Assembly (NCBI GenBank): GCA_050575255.1
Contig: JBNZDD010013702.1
Span: 2,106,353-2,170,352, forward strand
Length of the DNA: 64,000 nucleotides
Reading direction: 5' to 3'
DNA from: Harriotta raleighana
Lineage: Eukaryota
Shown: piece by piece, positions 38,297 through 51,500 of the stretch
How the letters are laid out: each line of letters begins with the position of its first letter
Position numbering within the stretch: the first letter of the stretch is position 1
Made by a program: the position numbers and the translations under genes
Notes under the pieces: model-generated
The model's database searches: none
Told to the model about the DNA's origin: nothing
Seen by the model: the letters and a program-made list of their open reading frames with translations, nothing else

Positions 38297-39351
38297 CTGC
38301 AAAGCAAAAAACACTCAGATAGAAGCTAATTGTTGCTTGTTTCTGCAGGAAAAGAGTTAAAAGATCTAAAGAAAATCGAAATCCCGAACGGGGCTTGTGA
38401 CAAAGAATCTAGAATTAACTATAACTTCCTACATCGGTTCCTAAGGCCATCTATTCTGAAGAATAAATTTTCAAACGCAGACATGATTTATATAAAATAT
38501 AAAAACAGAAGCAAAATCTTCACTGTTTGCAGAAAACAGAACTTTGAAAAAAAAGTGATAGTGAAAGCTAAGCAGAGAGGTGGGAGATTTTGCCTGCTTC
38601 GCGTCTCCAGCCCGATCATCGGTGGCCTCTCTGCCCTACACTCTGGANCTCAAATTACTAATTGGCAATCGACAGTTTTAGAAACGAATAACATGATCTC
38701 AGAAAGTATATTGAAGCTGTTACATTCAAGCAAATATTTGTGTGCAGATAAATATAAACCCTCCAAAAAATCTAGTTTCCACCACTTCACTGGAGAAGCA
38801 AACACTGACACGAAAACAACCAATGACTTCCGACTGAGTTGGATTTCTATTGAACAAGTTAATACCTATGATTACTGTCACACTAATTTGCGAGTGGAAT
38901 ATGCATTGAGGGTGAGGTCTAATAAACCTCCTGCTACAGATCACAACAATTCAATTTCAGTACAGCAGACCTCCCCTCCACCTACCCACATCTGTAATTG
39001 TGGGTACATTTAAATTCCTCTGGCTCTCATGCAAGGCACAACCTGCATTTCAGACACCAGATACTGTCAATCCAAAAGACTGTAAAACATATTCGGATTC
39101 TAAAGCTCAACAGTAGGGGCTAAACATTAAATCCAGTAACAGTTTTATCTCAGTTTAATTAACATACGAGGCCTCAACCGGTTTACAAAATGACAGTGTG
39201 AATATGATCAAGTGAGCAACAACGTACTTACAGAAATAGTAATAATCCTTGCATTTGATGTAACACCTTATCACGTCGTTTAGATATCTCAAAGTGGGAT
39301 ACAGTGTAAAGTGAATGGATTTTGTACTTTGTGGATGATTTGTGCACTTAC

Positions 39352-39499
39352 CGATTTGCGCTCTTGTTTGAGCTCCTGGACATAGCGTGAGAGCTCCGCG
39401 ATTATTAGCCCGGTCAGATTCTCAGCAATCACTTCACGTTGACCCGCATAGTCACTCATCTCATTCATAATGGCTGAAAACGCTCGACATGCTGTGAAT
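39352..39499 (-). CDS. FNBP1: FNBP1 coding exon 4 equivalent (copy with continuous right-hand flank)
   Basis: ttgctttgcag|A TTC ACA GCA TGT...AAA TCG|gtaag; 148 nt; (K)[49 protein letters not shown]. Confidence 0.93.
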
Positions 39500-39782
39500 C
39501 TGCAAAGCAAAAAACACTCAGATAGAAGCTAATTGTTGCTTGTTTCTGCAGGAAAAGAGTTAAAAGATCTAAAGAAAATCGAAATCCCGAACGGGGCTTG
39601 TGACAAAGAATCTAGAATTAACTATAACTTCCTACATCGGTTCCTAAGGCCATCTATTCTGAAGAATAAATTTTCAAACGCAGACATGATTTATATAAAA
39701 TATAAAAACAGAAGCAAAATCTTCACTGTTTGCAGAAAACAGAACTTTGAAAAAAAAGTGATAGTGAAAGCTAAGCAGAGAG

Positions 39783-40058
39783 GTGGGAGATTTTGCCTGC
39801 TTCGCGTCTCCAGCCCGATCATCGGTGGCCTCTCTGCCCTACACTCTGGAACTGCATCCCACAGTCCCTTTGCCTCACTTCTTCCCTTGCCTCCTTCAAC
39901 GCTTTCTTAAGACCCTCCTTTTCGATCAAGGCTTCTGCTGCCCTCCTACCTCTCTCCCTACCCGCCCCCTCCCCCAAGCTCGGGTCCCGAACCCTGACTG
40001 TTCAGCGCCTTGGGATGTGCTTCCCAATGTAACATACTATATAAATTTTATTATTGTT
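39783..40058 (+). mobile_element. L2 LINE 3' end
   Basis: PTLWNCIPQSLCL remnant and ctgactgttcagcgccttggga tail; the duplication breakpoint falls inside it. Confidence 0.8.
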
Positions 40059-40967
40059 TTTCCTAAATAACAAGCAGTATTAGGAATGTCGCAGTAACAC
40101 ACAAAAATAAGGAACATTGTGGTGCTTTCATTTTGCCTTCCCTCTGAGAGAAGTTGGTTTTTTGGTCAGCAGCCAAAACAAACTGCAGGTATCTGACACA
40201 CACAGAAACCTATCAACATGTGTAAGCCTTGGGTCAAGTTTCCATGTGTTTGGAATGGAACATCCATTCTTTCCCTGGAACAAAGCTTCCTTTTACCCAA
40301 TTCCGGAGTTTTAGATGTAGATTGCCATGACCCAAGGCTTGGATAGTTCATATATTAGTGTGTCATGTTTCCATTCCCCACAGGTATATTGGTGTACTGA
40401 TGGGAGTTTAACCAGCGAAACATATGGTTTGCCCTTGTCCCCGTAGAACTGTTTGGGAAGCTACGACCATCCCAATCAGTTAGGTTTTTGGCTTGCGGTA
40501 TTAACAGGAATGGGAAATTATCTGGAGTGGCCAGCCTGTCATCGACAATGGCTGAAGTGCACTGGACGAGAGACAACCACAGAAGGCTGACTCCATTCCA
40601 ATATTTCATCGCTCAGGGTGTTACTTTGGAGCCAGCTCAGCTCATTTACTACTTCTTCTCCACCTAGCATTCCCCCGCCACCTCTAAGGAGAATAGTCAG
40701 CATCAAATAAGTACAGAATGGAGTAATTAACCATGTAAACTTATCAAGTCCAGCTATCTCAAAAGCAAAAATAGGATCCCACTTCACACAAGACAGATAT
40801 CAAGCAGACTGCTTGGTCCCCCTGTACCCTGATTATTATTTAGTTTTGCTTGAACCGATTAGCAAGAAGCTTTTACACTAAATCAGTCTATAATCTTATC
40901 TGAACAACTTCACTGCAGTGACCACAAAGACAAGCTACAAGGCTGCCTTGGTTCTGAACACACTCAC

Positions 40968-41024
40968 TTTTGTTCTTCCTCTTCTTTGGAATTCTTTTTC
41001 GGCTGATACTTCTTTGAAAGATTC
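40968..41024 (-). CDS. FNBP1: FNBP1 coding exon 3 equivalent
   Basis: ttttcttag|G AAT CTT TCA AAG...CAA AA|gtgag; 57 nt; (R)NLSKKYQPKKNSKEEEEQ(K). This matches FNBP1 rather than FNBP1L (NLVKKYCPKRSSKDEEP). Phase 2 at both ends fits the neighbouring exons. Confidence 0.96.
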
Positions 41025-41939
41025 CTAAGAAAACAAAAAAATGTTTTGTTAACCCTGAAATTCCAGAAAAACATGAATCCCACTCGAAACAGTAGTCACG
41101 GGAATGATATTTTTAGCAAACAGGAAAACACACGAGTGCATTTTTACTTTGATGATTTATTCTATTAGATTTTCAACTATTGATGTCAGACTAATGGGTC
41201 AGTAGTTGACTGATAAAGAGGATGGAGATGCTAAAATGAGCAAAGCCTATGATCAATTACATATGTTGGGTTATTGGTACAGGAAACCTTTATCTAATAT
41301 TGATAGATACAGCCCTGGTGCTTGCAGAATCCAAGTCATTTGCAGGAAAGGGAAAACAACAACAACAAAATTACACTTGTATTGCACCTTTCACATCAGG
41401 AGGATGTCCCAAGGCAGTTACTGCTTCAGAAAAAGTCGGGATATGAATAGGAAATCACTCTATTTTTGTGCAATCTCGATACAGAGAGAGGTTCACCTCC
41501 AGGTTAAGTTATTACCAGATGTAAAACTGGTTTTATGTTTATTCTGTATTATTTATTTCATGCTCCACTAATACGTTCAACTTTTGGACGATAGATGACT
41601 GTAATGCTGGTATTCTCACCTCGCTGTAGGGCAGTAATGCAGGAAATTAAACTTTTGTAAATTCATGAATCTGAAGCTGGATTTTTGCAAATCACCGGTA
41701 ATGAGGAGTAAAAATAAGCAAATGACTTGGTTTAAAACAGTGCAGAAACATTAAACGAGCATTTAACAAGAACTGCCATTGATCTTTATGGTCCAATGAC
41801 ATTGTAGCACTAGGAGCTAATCGATTGTAATTATATTGTACAGTACTTTAATTACATGCAATTGGATATATTTAACTACAAGTGCTGAATATTTAGCTGT
41901 AAAGGTATATAAATATATAAATGTATATAAATGAATGAA

Positions 41940-42118
41940 CAGTAACAAAATTGTTCATTTCAATCCACGACTGTTTATGAGACATTGCTGTGCACAATTG
42001 GCTGCCGTGTTTCACCCACAAATATAGTCAATTCACCTTACAGTACAATATTCTGTTAAGCGCTTTGAGACGTCTAGAAGACGTGAAAAGCGCTATATCA
42101 AATGCAAGGATTATTATA
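41940..42118 (+). mobile_element. 5'-truncated SINE
   Basis: Core and tail aagcgctttgagacgtctagaagacgtgaaaagcgctatatcaaatgcaaggattattat. Confidence 0.85.
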
Positions 42119-42130
42119 ATAAAGGAATTA

Positions 42131-42478
42131 CAGTAAAACCTTGTTTACCCGTGACCCGATCAACCGTGAGTTGATTCAATTGCTCGACCCCCTCCCGGGG
42201 CAATTCCCCATTGCAGAATCGCGAATTTTCTCATTTTGCGCATGCAAAATGTTTTTTTTTTACCGATTGGTTAAAAAATACTGTTTTACCGATTTTTTCC
42301 CGACTGCTGGAATGCTTTGTTGGTAAGTATCCACACAATATTCTGTTACTATGTGGTGTATTATTAACATGGTATGTTTTAAAATAAGTGAAATTTTTAT
42401 GTCGGATTTTCGGCGACTTCATCCGGCATCGTCAATTAGTCGACCCCCCGAGCGTGCCGGATAAACAAGGTTTTACTG
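42131..42478. mobile_element. Tc1/mariner-pogo MITE family A (about 350 bp)
   Basis: TA|CAGTAAAACCTTGTTTACCCG...CGGATAAACAAGGTTTTACTG|TA; ~21-bp TIRs, TA TSD, no ORF. Confidence 0.93.
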
Positions 42479-42599
42479 TAATACGTTGGATCAGAACCCG
42501 CCAAAATGTGCCCCCTACCTCGAACATTCACACTAGTCTAAGTAAGTCCACCTATAAACAGTAGTGTGTTTCCAAGTTCTTCTTGATGGATGGCATAAA

Positions 42600-43015
42600 T
42601 ACTTAATCACGAAAACTTAGGTTGGCTAACACTGGGTTAGAGTGTTAAAATATGACCCAAGGCAGTTAGATGTGCTGCATTGTTGGAAGTGCCATCTGTC
42701 ATTTTAACTGAGGTGCCATCTGCCTGTTCAGGTGGACATTAAAGACAAAGATGCTAGGGCACCATTCAAAGGAGGAGGAAGCTCTTAAGTGTCCTGGCCA
42801 ACAATCCCCACCGGTAAAGTGATTATTCACTTCATGTCTACTTGTGGGATATTTGTGCGCAAATTGGCTGTCACGTTTACCTATAAAGAATACAGTTATT
42901 ACACTTTATAGAAAATCCTGTAAAGTGAAACCTGGCATAAAAGGCATTTTATCAGTGCCTTGGGACATCCTCCCTTTGTGAAAGGCGCTCTATAAATGTA
43001 ATTTTGTTGTTGTTA
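42600..43015 (+). mobile_element. Old DeuSINE-like body ending in an L2-type (GTT)n tail
   Basis: gtgctgcattgttggaagtgcc, ctgcctgttcaggtggacattaaaga, gtgtcctggccaaca and gtgcgcaaattggctg Deu-like blocks; tail gtgaaaggcgctctataaatgtaattttgttgttg. Confidence 0.7.
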
Positions 43016-43569
43016 TATCAAATGCAACTATTATTAATACTAAGGCAGTAGCAGTATTCAGATAGACGGCAAAAGAGTTGGTCATTGGGATTAAAAGATC
43101 TGCCATGAGATCTAATAAATTGGTGGAACAGACTAAACTGTATCCTTCTGTTCTTGTTTTTGTTAGTTTTCCTCACTGGAAGATATGTGAAACGTTTCAT
43201 GATTTTATATGAACTGTACAGTATATTCAGCACTACCCCGAAGCAGAGAGAGGAAAATATATATTCACTAAAAAATGAATGTTAATGCTTGCCAGTACAT
43301 ATTAATCAGTTTGTCTGAAGGCTTTTCCAATGAGACAGAAATGGTATTTTAAAAAGAAACTACCTCCATAGCAAAGAAACCTTAAATGGTCATTCTCTAG
43401 TCAAGAGAACATAAATGTTGTAAAAATAACTACATCTTATAAGAAATCCTGGTGGAGCATTGTAGTGACCTTGTCAATGGCCAGTGAGCAGGTTAAAGAC
43501 AGGAAAAGATGTTTCACTTGCTATTTCGTCTGTTAATTCATTTGATTGAAATGGCTGCATGTGCGATAA

Positions 43570-43965
43570 AGTCAACTTGGCTCAGCTGGAAGCACGGGAT
43601 TTAGAATTTACACAGTCTAGGCTGACACTCCAATCCCGGGCTGGGGATTTGGAGATGTTGTTGGAGATGCTGACCATGATTAGGCTGGGAACAACGCCAA
43701 TGAGACTTGATGCCAATACCCTATCTGCCTAAAGATCCCATAGCACTATTTGAAAAAAGGAAGTTTCTTCCGGTGTCATGTCCAGTAATCCCCTAAATAT
43801 TGGTTATTCATTTAATGTCTGTTTGTGGGACACTGCTGTGCGCAAACTGGCTGCCACATTCATTCCCCAACTCCATTTTATAGTCCTGTCAAGGCGTTTT
43901 ATCTTGTGAATTGTTTTGAGACATCCTCCTGATGTGAAAAGCATTATACCAAATGTAAATATTAA
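43570..43965 (+). mobile_element. Old DeuSINE-like copy
   Basis: ttggctcagctggaagcac head, ctaggctgacactcca, taaagatcccatagcactatttgaa and gtttgtgggacactgctgtgcgcaaactggctgcc blocks. Confidence 0.7.
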
Positions 43966-44126
43966 TCATAGTAAATCGGCTCATTGATGCACAAGAAGTA
44001 AAATCAGTTGGTCAGAATGTTTTTTCCTCAGGCAACAAAACAGTGTGGGAGAGAGGACATCAGATTCCTTCTCCTAAATTCTCTGAATAAGCTCCTGGCT
44101 TCTCAGGTGCAACCAAAACCTCGATA

Positions 44127-44507
44127 CAGTAAAACCTCGTTTATCCATGACCCAATCAACCATGACTCGATTCAATTGCTTGACCCCTTCCTGGGACAAT
44201 TCCCCAATCCAGAATCGTGAGTTTGCTCACTTTGTCCAATCGTGCAATGCGTGCGCATGCGCACTTAGTAAACTTAAGCACTTTGCATTTTTTACCGATC
44301 GATAAAAATCCTGTGTTACCGATTTTTTCCCGACTCTGCTAGAATGCTTTGTTACAATATTCTGTTACTATATAGTGTTTTATAAACATGATATGTTTTA
44401 AAATAAGTTAAATTTTTATATCAGGTTTTCGGCGACTTCTCCCTCGTTTATCTGGCACCGTCAATTAGTCGACCCCCCCAGTGTGCCGGATAAACAAGGT
44501 TTTACTG
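44127..44507. mobile_element. MITE family A
   Basis: TA|CAGTAAAACCTCGTTTATCC...GGATAAACAAGGTTTTACTG|CA. Confidence 0.92.
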
Positions 44508-44559
44508 CATATTGGGAATACATAGTGCATCTTGGCTCCCCTTCTCACCTTTTAATAAG

Positions 44560-44975
44560 TAATAATAAACCTTGTATTTGATATTGTGTTTTTCTCACTG
44601 GTGGACATCTGAAAGTGCTTCACAGAATTCACTGTAAGATATAGTGATGTATTTGTAGGCAAACATGGTAGCCAATTTGCATACAGCAAAGTCCTACAAT
44701 CAAGACAAGAAGTAAATGACCAATTTTATCTGAGGATTGTTAGCCAGGGCACCAGAACAAACTCAACCTCTCTTTACAAATTGTGCTATCGGATCTTTTA
44801 ACATTCATGTTGAATGGACCTTGATTTGATGATGCTGGCACCATCAACAATCCAGTGTTCCCCAGCATGATGCTGGAGTATTAGCCTAGTCTGATTTAAA
44901 AATTCTGATGTGGGCTTGAATCCACAAGCTTCTGACTCATGCAGCAAGAGAGCTGCCAAGTGAGCTAGGCTGACC
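44560..44975 (-). mobile_element. Old DeuSINE-like copy
   Basis: Inverted tail, gccaatttgcatacagc core, ggatcttttaacattca block and tRNA-like head (cttgaatccaca...tctgactca...agctgccaagtgagctagg). Confidence 0.65.
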
Positions 44976-45308
44976 TTTTACAGTACTTCCCCCTTCATTT
45001 TTCTTCTTCTGAATAATTTGCATGCTTTTCATCTCAGGACAGCAGCATTTTGTAATATTCAGTAGGGTCAAGAATCTGAACACAGTCATATATGCATTTG
45101 ATCATCAGAACTGTCTCTTTGATATTATGGTAGTTTTACCAGACAATTCCTGGAAACAAAGAACTAGACAAAGCAAACTCCCAAATTTGGGAACAAATTC
45201 GAGGCTGTTAGCACTGACACATCACATTGACTCTATTTATTGACCATTATCATTTTCTAAACCTGAGTTGGTGAAGTGAGCCTTCAACCAATGTGATGAC
45301 AGAAATGA

Positions 45309-45389
45309 GACAGTCATGAATGTCAAATGAATGACAGTCATGAATGTCAAATGAATGACAGTCATGAATGTCAAATGAATGACAATCAT
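45309..45389. repeat. 24-bp tandem repeat, about 3.4 units
   Basis: GACAGTCATGAATGTCAAATGAAT three times, plus a partial unit. Confidence 0.95.
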
Positions 45390-46419
45390 TCCTGGAATCA
45401 CCAATACATACAATGTCTATTATAGTAGACAGCGCCAGATCTCGGGAGGGCTGTCGGAAGAAACATTAATCCTTCAGCAAGAGGAAAACTAACCATTCGT
45501 CTCATTCCTAGCCTTCTGTAGGAGCATCAGTGCTATTCAAGTCATTCTGACTGAATGGCAGAAATGCCGTTATACAGTGGCCATGATGGAGGGAGAAAGT
45601 GGAGGAAAAGATTTATCAAATAAGTGAAAGGTTCTTTTGTCAAGGGACTGGGATTCAAATGCCTCAAGATGGTCTTGCTGGAGGAAGACATGTATTCCAA
45701 CTTCCATCACAATCACTTACATTTGTATAGATAAGGCCTTAAACCCCCCCAACCAAACGTGCTTGTGACCAGTTCACTATCTCTGGACAGAATGTCTTGG
45801 GAGAGTGTATTGCTCAGTACAGGTGACAACATTTTGTTAAACACATGCTGATGACGGTTTCAATGCATGGAAAAGATAGTTGAATGTGCAATTCATTCTG
45901 GGATTTGTATTCCCCAGAAAATTAATCAAAACTGCTTTACTTAATGTACAGAAATGGTGCTCCCGAGTCAGTGTGCAGCAAGTCCAGAATAATTATGTTT
46001 TAAATTAAATTCAATGAATTATGCAAAAGATGCTGCTCAACCTCTCTCGGGCGTTTCAAGCCTTTACATGATATAAGATATAAGGCACCATCTGTTTCCA
46101 GGATTAAATCTCACAATGCATTGCAATTTCACAATTCCAGTGTTTGATGTATTTCTGTGTGAGTGGTTAGTGTTAATATAAAGACCAAGACCAGTCTACA
46201 GCTTACACTTGCATATTGAAACAGCTCATCCAGACAGAGAAGAGAGGTGTTAGGGTCAGAGAGAGAGAAGAGAGAATTTAATGGTCAAACTGCTTTTGTT
46301 GGTATTATAATTGCTATGCTAAAATACTTGCTTCCACCACACAATGTACTTCTCGAGGAGCACCAGAAATGCCAACAAGAATGTTCTATTACAGTATCTT
46401 AGATGTGCATCATATTATA

Positions 46420-47061
46420 CAGTAAAAGCCTGCTTATCCGTGGCTTGATGAACCGGAACTTCCGTTTAACCGACACGGCAAAAAAAATGTCCCCATCTGA
46501 TAAACCAGAAGTTATCCAGCAGAATAGCCATAGCACATTTAATGAGTCGTCTATTGCACGAGAGAACTGTACAGATATTTTGGCTTGCCGCTAGTAAAGC
46601 CTGAAAATCACCCTGCTGTTTATTTTTAACGTTGTGCTGCCATTTTTTTTCCTCCCGTGGCGGCTGCCATTGCAGAAGTTAAGTAGAAATAATAAAGTAC
46701 TAATACAATATTCTGTTATTAGAGTATCTGTTATTGGTGTATTTAGTCTATTATTTATGTTACAGTGTACAACATTTACAATAAAGTACCATACAATATT
46801 CTGTTATTATGCTATTATTTAGTCTACTTTAATATGGTATGTATGTGTCAAAATAAGTATTTTTTTGGTGTTGGGTTTTCGGCATCAGATCCGACCATTA
46901 TTATCTGTTATTATTTAGTCTATTATTAATATGGCATGTGTTAAAATAAGTAAATTTTTTTGGTGTTGGGTTTTCGGCGTCAGATCCGACCGTTTAACCG
47001 GCAAGCCATTTAATCAGCATTGGCCAGGTCCCGTAGGTCTCGGATAAATGGGCTTTTACCG
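46420..47061. mobile_element. Longer MITE family B (about 640 bp), same TIR type
   Basis: TA|CAGTAAAAGCCTGCTTATCCG...CGGATAAATGGGCTTTTACCG|TA; homologous to 52850-53580; internal ~95-bp tandem duplication near 46800-46990. Confidence 0.88.
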
Positions 47062-47919
47062 TACTAAAAGGAATTCAACTGCAAATCTGCCTCTTGTATT
47101 CTGGATCAAGAGACCCCCAGCCCATTCCCCCCTAAACCCCAACTACCAAGGATCTGGTTTAAATTAAGACAAATTCAGTGCATTTACTGTGTGTAGAGTC
47201 AAACTCAGGTTAGCAAATCTCAAGACAATCTGGGGTGAACTCAATCCTTGTTTGATAAATTGTGACAAAATAAATTAGCCTTAAAAGAGCCTGTGGTACA
47301 TACATCTGTGTTCTTTTATTTTATATACACACATCTTCATGGCCTGCTTGTCAAAACATATTTCACAAATCAATGAAATAATAGTAGGTAAATAGGTTCA
47401 AGTTACAAGACTGTTAAACATTCTGAAATTGAATAAAATATACCATGAAGGTAGTTTGTACAATTGAGGTACTGGAACCTTGAGGTACTTTCCAGCCGTG
47501 CAGCATTCCCTTATGTACTTATTCAGTATGAAGCACCATGGATAGCCTTCAGATGTGAAAGCCGCTATATGAACGTAACTTGCATTGTATTCTCGTAGAC
47601 TGGAATCAGAGGAGGTAGCAAAAGTCTTACCAAGAGCTGCATAATATATGTGCATGGGCTGATAACTGACAAAGGTGAAGTTCAATGTAGATGAATCAAG
47701 GTACTACATAGAGGAAGCAAAACTTATGATAACAAAAGTAGCAATAAACAAGGCAAATAGGGTCTGGGCTAGTCATGCTGCTTAAAGTTCCCATTAGAAA
47801 GGCAGGGTGATCCCAGGCCAGAGAGGGAATGCAGAGCTGAGAACAATCATCAAGTACTGTACATGGTCGTGTCCTCCTGATTCAAAATGGATGAAATTCA
47901 AGGATTATTTTTAAACTTT

Positions 47920-48490
47920 ACAGAACAGCCCCAATAGTGTAATGTTTACAGCTGTAACTTTTAGACCAGGAGCTGCTGGCTTGAATCCTTATCTGTGCCG
48001 AGCGAGGTCTTTGTCAGGGTTGCAAAGGAGGGAAGAAAAAGAACTCCCTGTCCCTCTGCAGCAGCCTCCACTGTTGTGCACAACTGTGATAGCCGCGTGA
48101 GGGGAAGTCAGGCTAGGCTACAGTACCCTCTACGTGGCTAATAATGATCCCTACAAAAAAAAACACAATAATAAAATTGGTCATTTCAATCATTTCAATG
48201 TTTATGGGACACTGCTGTGCGCAATTGGCTGCTGCTTTTCGCCAAAAATATACAATCAATCCACTTTACAAGATATTCTGGGAAGCGCTTTGAGACGTCT
48301 AGAAGATGTGAAAAGCACTAAAAGCAAGGATTATTATTATTACTGTTGAGTGGCTTGTACTCTGTGTCAGCACGCAGTTCAACACATAAACACAGGACAC
48401 TTGGATGAGGGATTGGAATGGCAATGGGGCATCAGCTCATCAAAGGGAGGCTAGAGACCAGAAAACAGGCAAATAGGGAGAAAATAATTA
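47920..48490 (+). mobile_element. LF-SINE-like relic interrupted by a young SINE fragment (about 48140-48345)
   Basis: agaccaggag...cttgaatccttatctgtgccgag, gtgaggggaagtcaggctaggct and acacataaacacaggacacttggatgagg blocks occur in LF-SINE order around an inserted SINE core and tail. Confidence 0.5.
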
Positions 48491-48705
48491 CAGGAAAAAT
48501 TGCAGCTTTTTTTAATCCTTGTGTATAAATTTCCATTTCTGCTTTAATGACAGGATTCTATAGAGATAGGCGTCAGTGTTATTTCCAAATATTTACACTG
48601 TACAATCTTGCTCAGCAAAACACCTGACACCATCAATTGGATGTTATTGTTACAGTTCAGCTTTGCCACATGTTGCTGCAAACAGCAATGTAATAATCCA
48701 TAATA

Positions 48706-49020
48706 CAGTAAAATCTTGTTCATCTGTGAACTTTGCGCTTGCGTGCAATGCGTGTGCATGCGCACTCAGTAAGCTTATGCACTTGGGTTTTTTACTGACC
48801 GGTAAAAAATGCTGTTTTTCCGATTTTTTCCCGACTGTGCTGGAATGCTTATTGGTAAATATCCACACAATATTCTGTTACTATGTAGTCTATTATTAAC
48901 ATGATATGTTTTAAAATAAGTTAATTTTTATGTTGGATTTTCGGCGACTTATCTCTCGTCTATCTGGCAGAGTCAATTAGTCGACCCCCCCGAGCATGCC
49001 GGATAAACAAAGTTTTACTG
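48706..49020. mobile_element. MITE family A with internal deletion
   Basis: TA|CAGTAAAATCTTGTTCATC...GGATAAACAAAGTTTTACTG|TA. Confidence 0.9.
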
Positions 49021-49722
49021 TAAATACATACATTTCTTATATTGCACCCGGCTCTCGCATTCCAATCGTCTGTATTCTCTCCTAACAAGCACAGCTTGAT
49101 TTTGTATGGCTCGCCTGTTATGCATCTAAGTGTCAGCCTGACTCATCTTGTAACATTCTAAGTCAGAAAGTTGTCCATTCACACCCCTACTGAGTTTTCC
49201 CATCCAGAGAAAACCAATACAGGATATAATCTTGAGGGTGGGAGGAGGGGGGAGAGAAATATCTTGAGAACCCAGAATGTTGTATTTAGAATAGTGATAA
49301 TAATCCTTGCTTTGATGTAGTGCTTTATAATATCTTTGAGAGATCTCAAAGTACTTCACAGATTATATTATAAAGTGAATTGACTGTATATTTTGTGGGC
49401 AAAACAGGGTAATCAGTTGCCCACAGCAGTGTCCAACAAACAGTCAAGTGACCAATTTTTGTTTTAGGGAATTCCCCCAGAAAGTGATCTATCCACCAAT
49501 CGACTAACAACTTGATTCCTACTTATTGCTAGGTAAAGAGAGACCTATTATATATAGGCATACATAGAATATGTAGAGAATAGAAACTTGCCTAAAGTTT
49601 TGCTCCCTCCTTGTTATATTATTATCTATCTATCCCTGTAAATTATAGAGCATCTGCATAATTTGTGTAAGCATATAATTTCAGGGGAAAATAAATTTTT
49701 CAGCCCTTGACACGGAACTCAC

Positions 49723-49838
49723 CTGAGCTGCTTTGCGTAGCTGATTTCAATATCTGCCCGGTCCTTGACAAACTTGGTGCATTTCTCCACAAATTCGATT
49801 CCCCATTGGGTGTGTTTTTCCAAGTTTTCGAACTGATC
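49723..49838 (-). CDS. FNBP1: FNBP1 coding exon 2 equivalent (start of F-BAR domain)
   Basis: Minus strand reads ttcctcctttag|GAT CAG TTC...CAG CTC AG|gtgag; 116 nt; translates [38 protein letters not shown](R), matching the recalled FBP17 N-terminus [39 protein letters not shown]. Not in the ORF track. Confidence 0.96.
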
Positions 49839-51019
49839 CTAAAGGAGGAAAATCAACACAAATGTTAATTTGTCAGGTTTCAAAGTCAGTTTAATACGAT
49901 TTATACTATCACTTGTTCAAGACCATCTTGTCTCTGATACGGTAATACAACATAATTAATCTGAACTCATTCCGAAATGTAGAAATTCATTTCAGAATCA
50001 CTTCTGAAGCCCATTTTAGCAAATAATAATCCTTGCTTTTGATATAGGATCTTTCACACTATGAGAACATCTCAAAGCGTCCCACAGGAATTATGGTAAG
50101 TGTAGTGACTATTTGTGAGTGAACAAAGCAAATTTGCAAAGAGCAATGTTCCACAAATGAACTTGAAGTAAAAGGCGAGATAAATGCGAGGTAATGCTAT
50201 TACTATTTTGGGAATGCTGTCAATGTTCTATTGGCTCCAGAAATCACTACATTCCAACATTATGATCATATTAATTTTCCCACCTCATCATCCCTAGAAA
50301 GTTGCTTAGAGAGAGCATGAGTTGAAAACCTAACAATTTCCTTGAAGCTTTCGTGAATATTAATTTAAAAAGCTCAGACTCGTATTGTAAGGGTTAAGGG
50401 CGACACTGGAAAATAAATTGTTATTGGATTTAGATTCAAACAAACTGAAAACTACTAAATATTCAGTAGGCAGTGGAGACTGTCGGCCTGAATACTCCAT
50501 CAGCGCTGCTCATTCTTATTTCTTCGCAGCTGCAATTTTGCTCTAAATGTTAGCAAAATTCCAATCATTTTTGTCGATGTGTAATCTTGGCAATGTGATA
50601 CGATCCACTCGGGAAAAGCATTGTCTCATGCGACACCTTTATAAATGAAGTGCCCACCAGCTCAGCACTGGCACACAGACAGCACTGTGCCTGCCAGTGA
50701 GTCCTCAAGTTGTACGTTTCAGCTAGTCTGTTAGGGGAGACATCAAGCAGAGTTCAAGAGGTATGAAGACAGAATGGAGAAATATTTTTGTAAAGAAATA
50801 AAATAAATCATGCACACCATCTAACTGTTAACTCCTGACTCGCTTTGGCAGAAGCCTGTAAAGCACTTTCAGCATTCAGCCAAAAAGAACTAACCGTGCA
50901 AGGGACCTGGGCTGAAAACCAATAAAACAGAGGAAAACTGCTGGAGTCACTTTTTGATCGTTTCCCCAGAGGTAAATGATGCTGTAATTTATAAAACCAA
51001 CAAGAATTTTACCTGAAGC

Positions 51020-51500
51020 ATATGAAAACAAGAACACAAAGAGGTCAGTCTGCCCATCAAAACTCTTCTACCAGTTTTAGATCTAAGCAGATCTTTTCAT
51101 CCCAATCCCAATTTTCACCATACTCCTTTATACCTCAACTGCCCAAGTATCTCTGACTGTCTTTTAACTATCCTATTGATTCTAGTTCTATAAATTTCCG
51201 CGGTAGAGGCTTACACAAGCTTACAACCATCTGTCAAGAAATAAACTTGACCTCAATTTAAACCATCTTGGTTCTGATTTTAAGGCTCTGCTTCCTTGTG
51301 CTGGAACCCTATACCAAAGAGAAGAGTTATTCACTCTCTAATCTATCAATTTCTTTCATTATTTTTGAAATAACTCAATTAAATTGCACTCTAACTTCCT
51401 TTACTGTAAAGAACAGAACCCCAGTTGATTTCTCATTGTAAAGCCCCTTCATTAATTAATGAACTCCTCCTCGACACCCTCCAAGGCCAGAATACAGAAC
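51020..51500 (-). mobile_element. Degenerate CR1 LINE 3' fragment
   Basis: Inverted homologue of the 6890-7590 region (gagaagagttattcactctc, ctctaacttcctttactgtaaaga) with a catatgaaaacaagaac tail. Confidence 0.6.

Larger units (their letters stand above)
37446..39850. repeat. Tandem 1202-bp duplication joined by a single N (37446-38647 and 38649-39850)
   Basis: Both copies start ctcaaattactaattggc and end ccctacactctgga; the ORF track gives identical translations 1203 bp apart. Confidence 0.95.

Noticed and set aside
38330-39013. 227-aa ORF on the plus strand
   Set aside because: It crosses the single-N junction of the duplication, is antisense to intronic sequence and has no recognisable domain.
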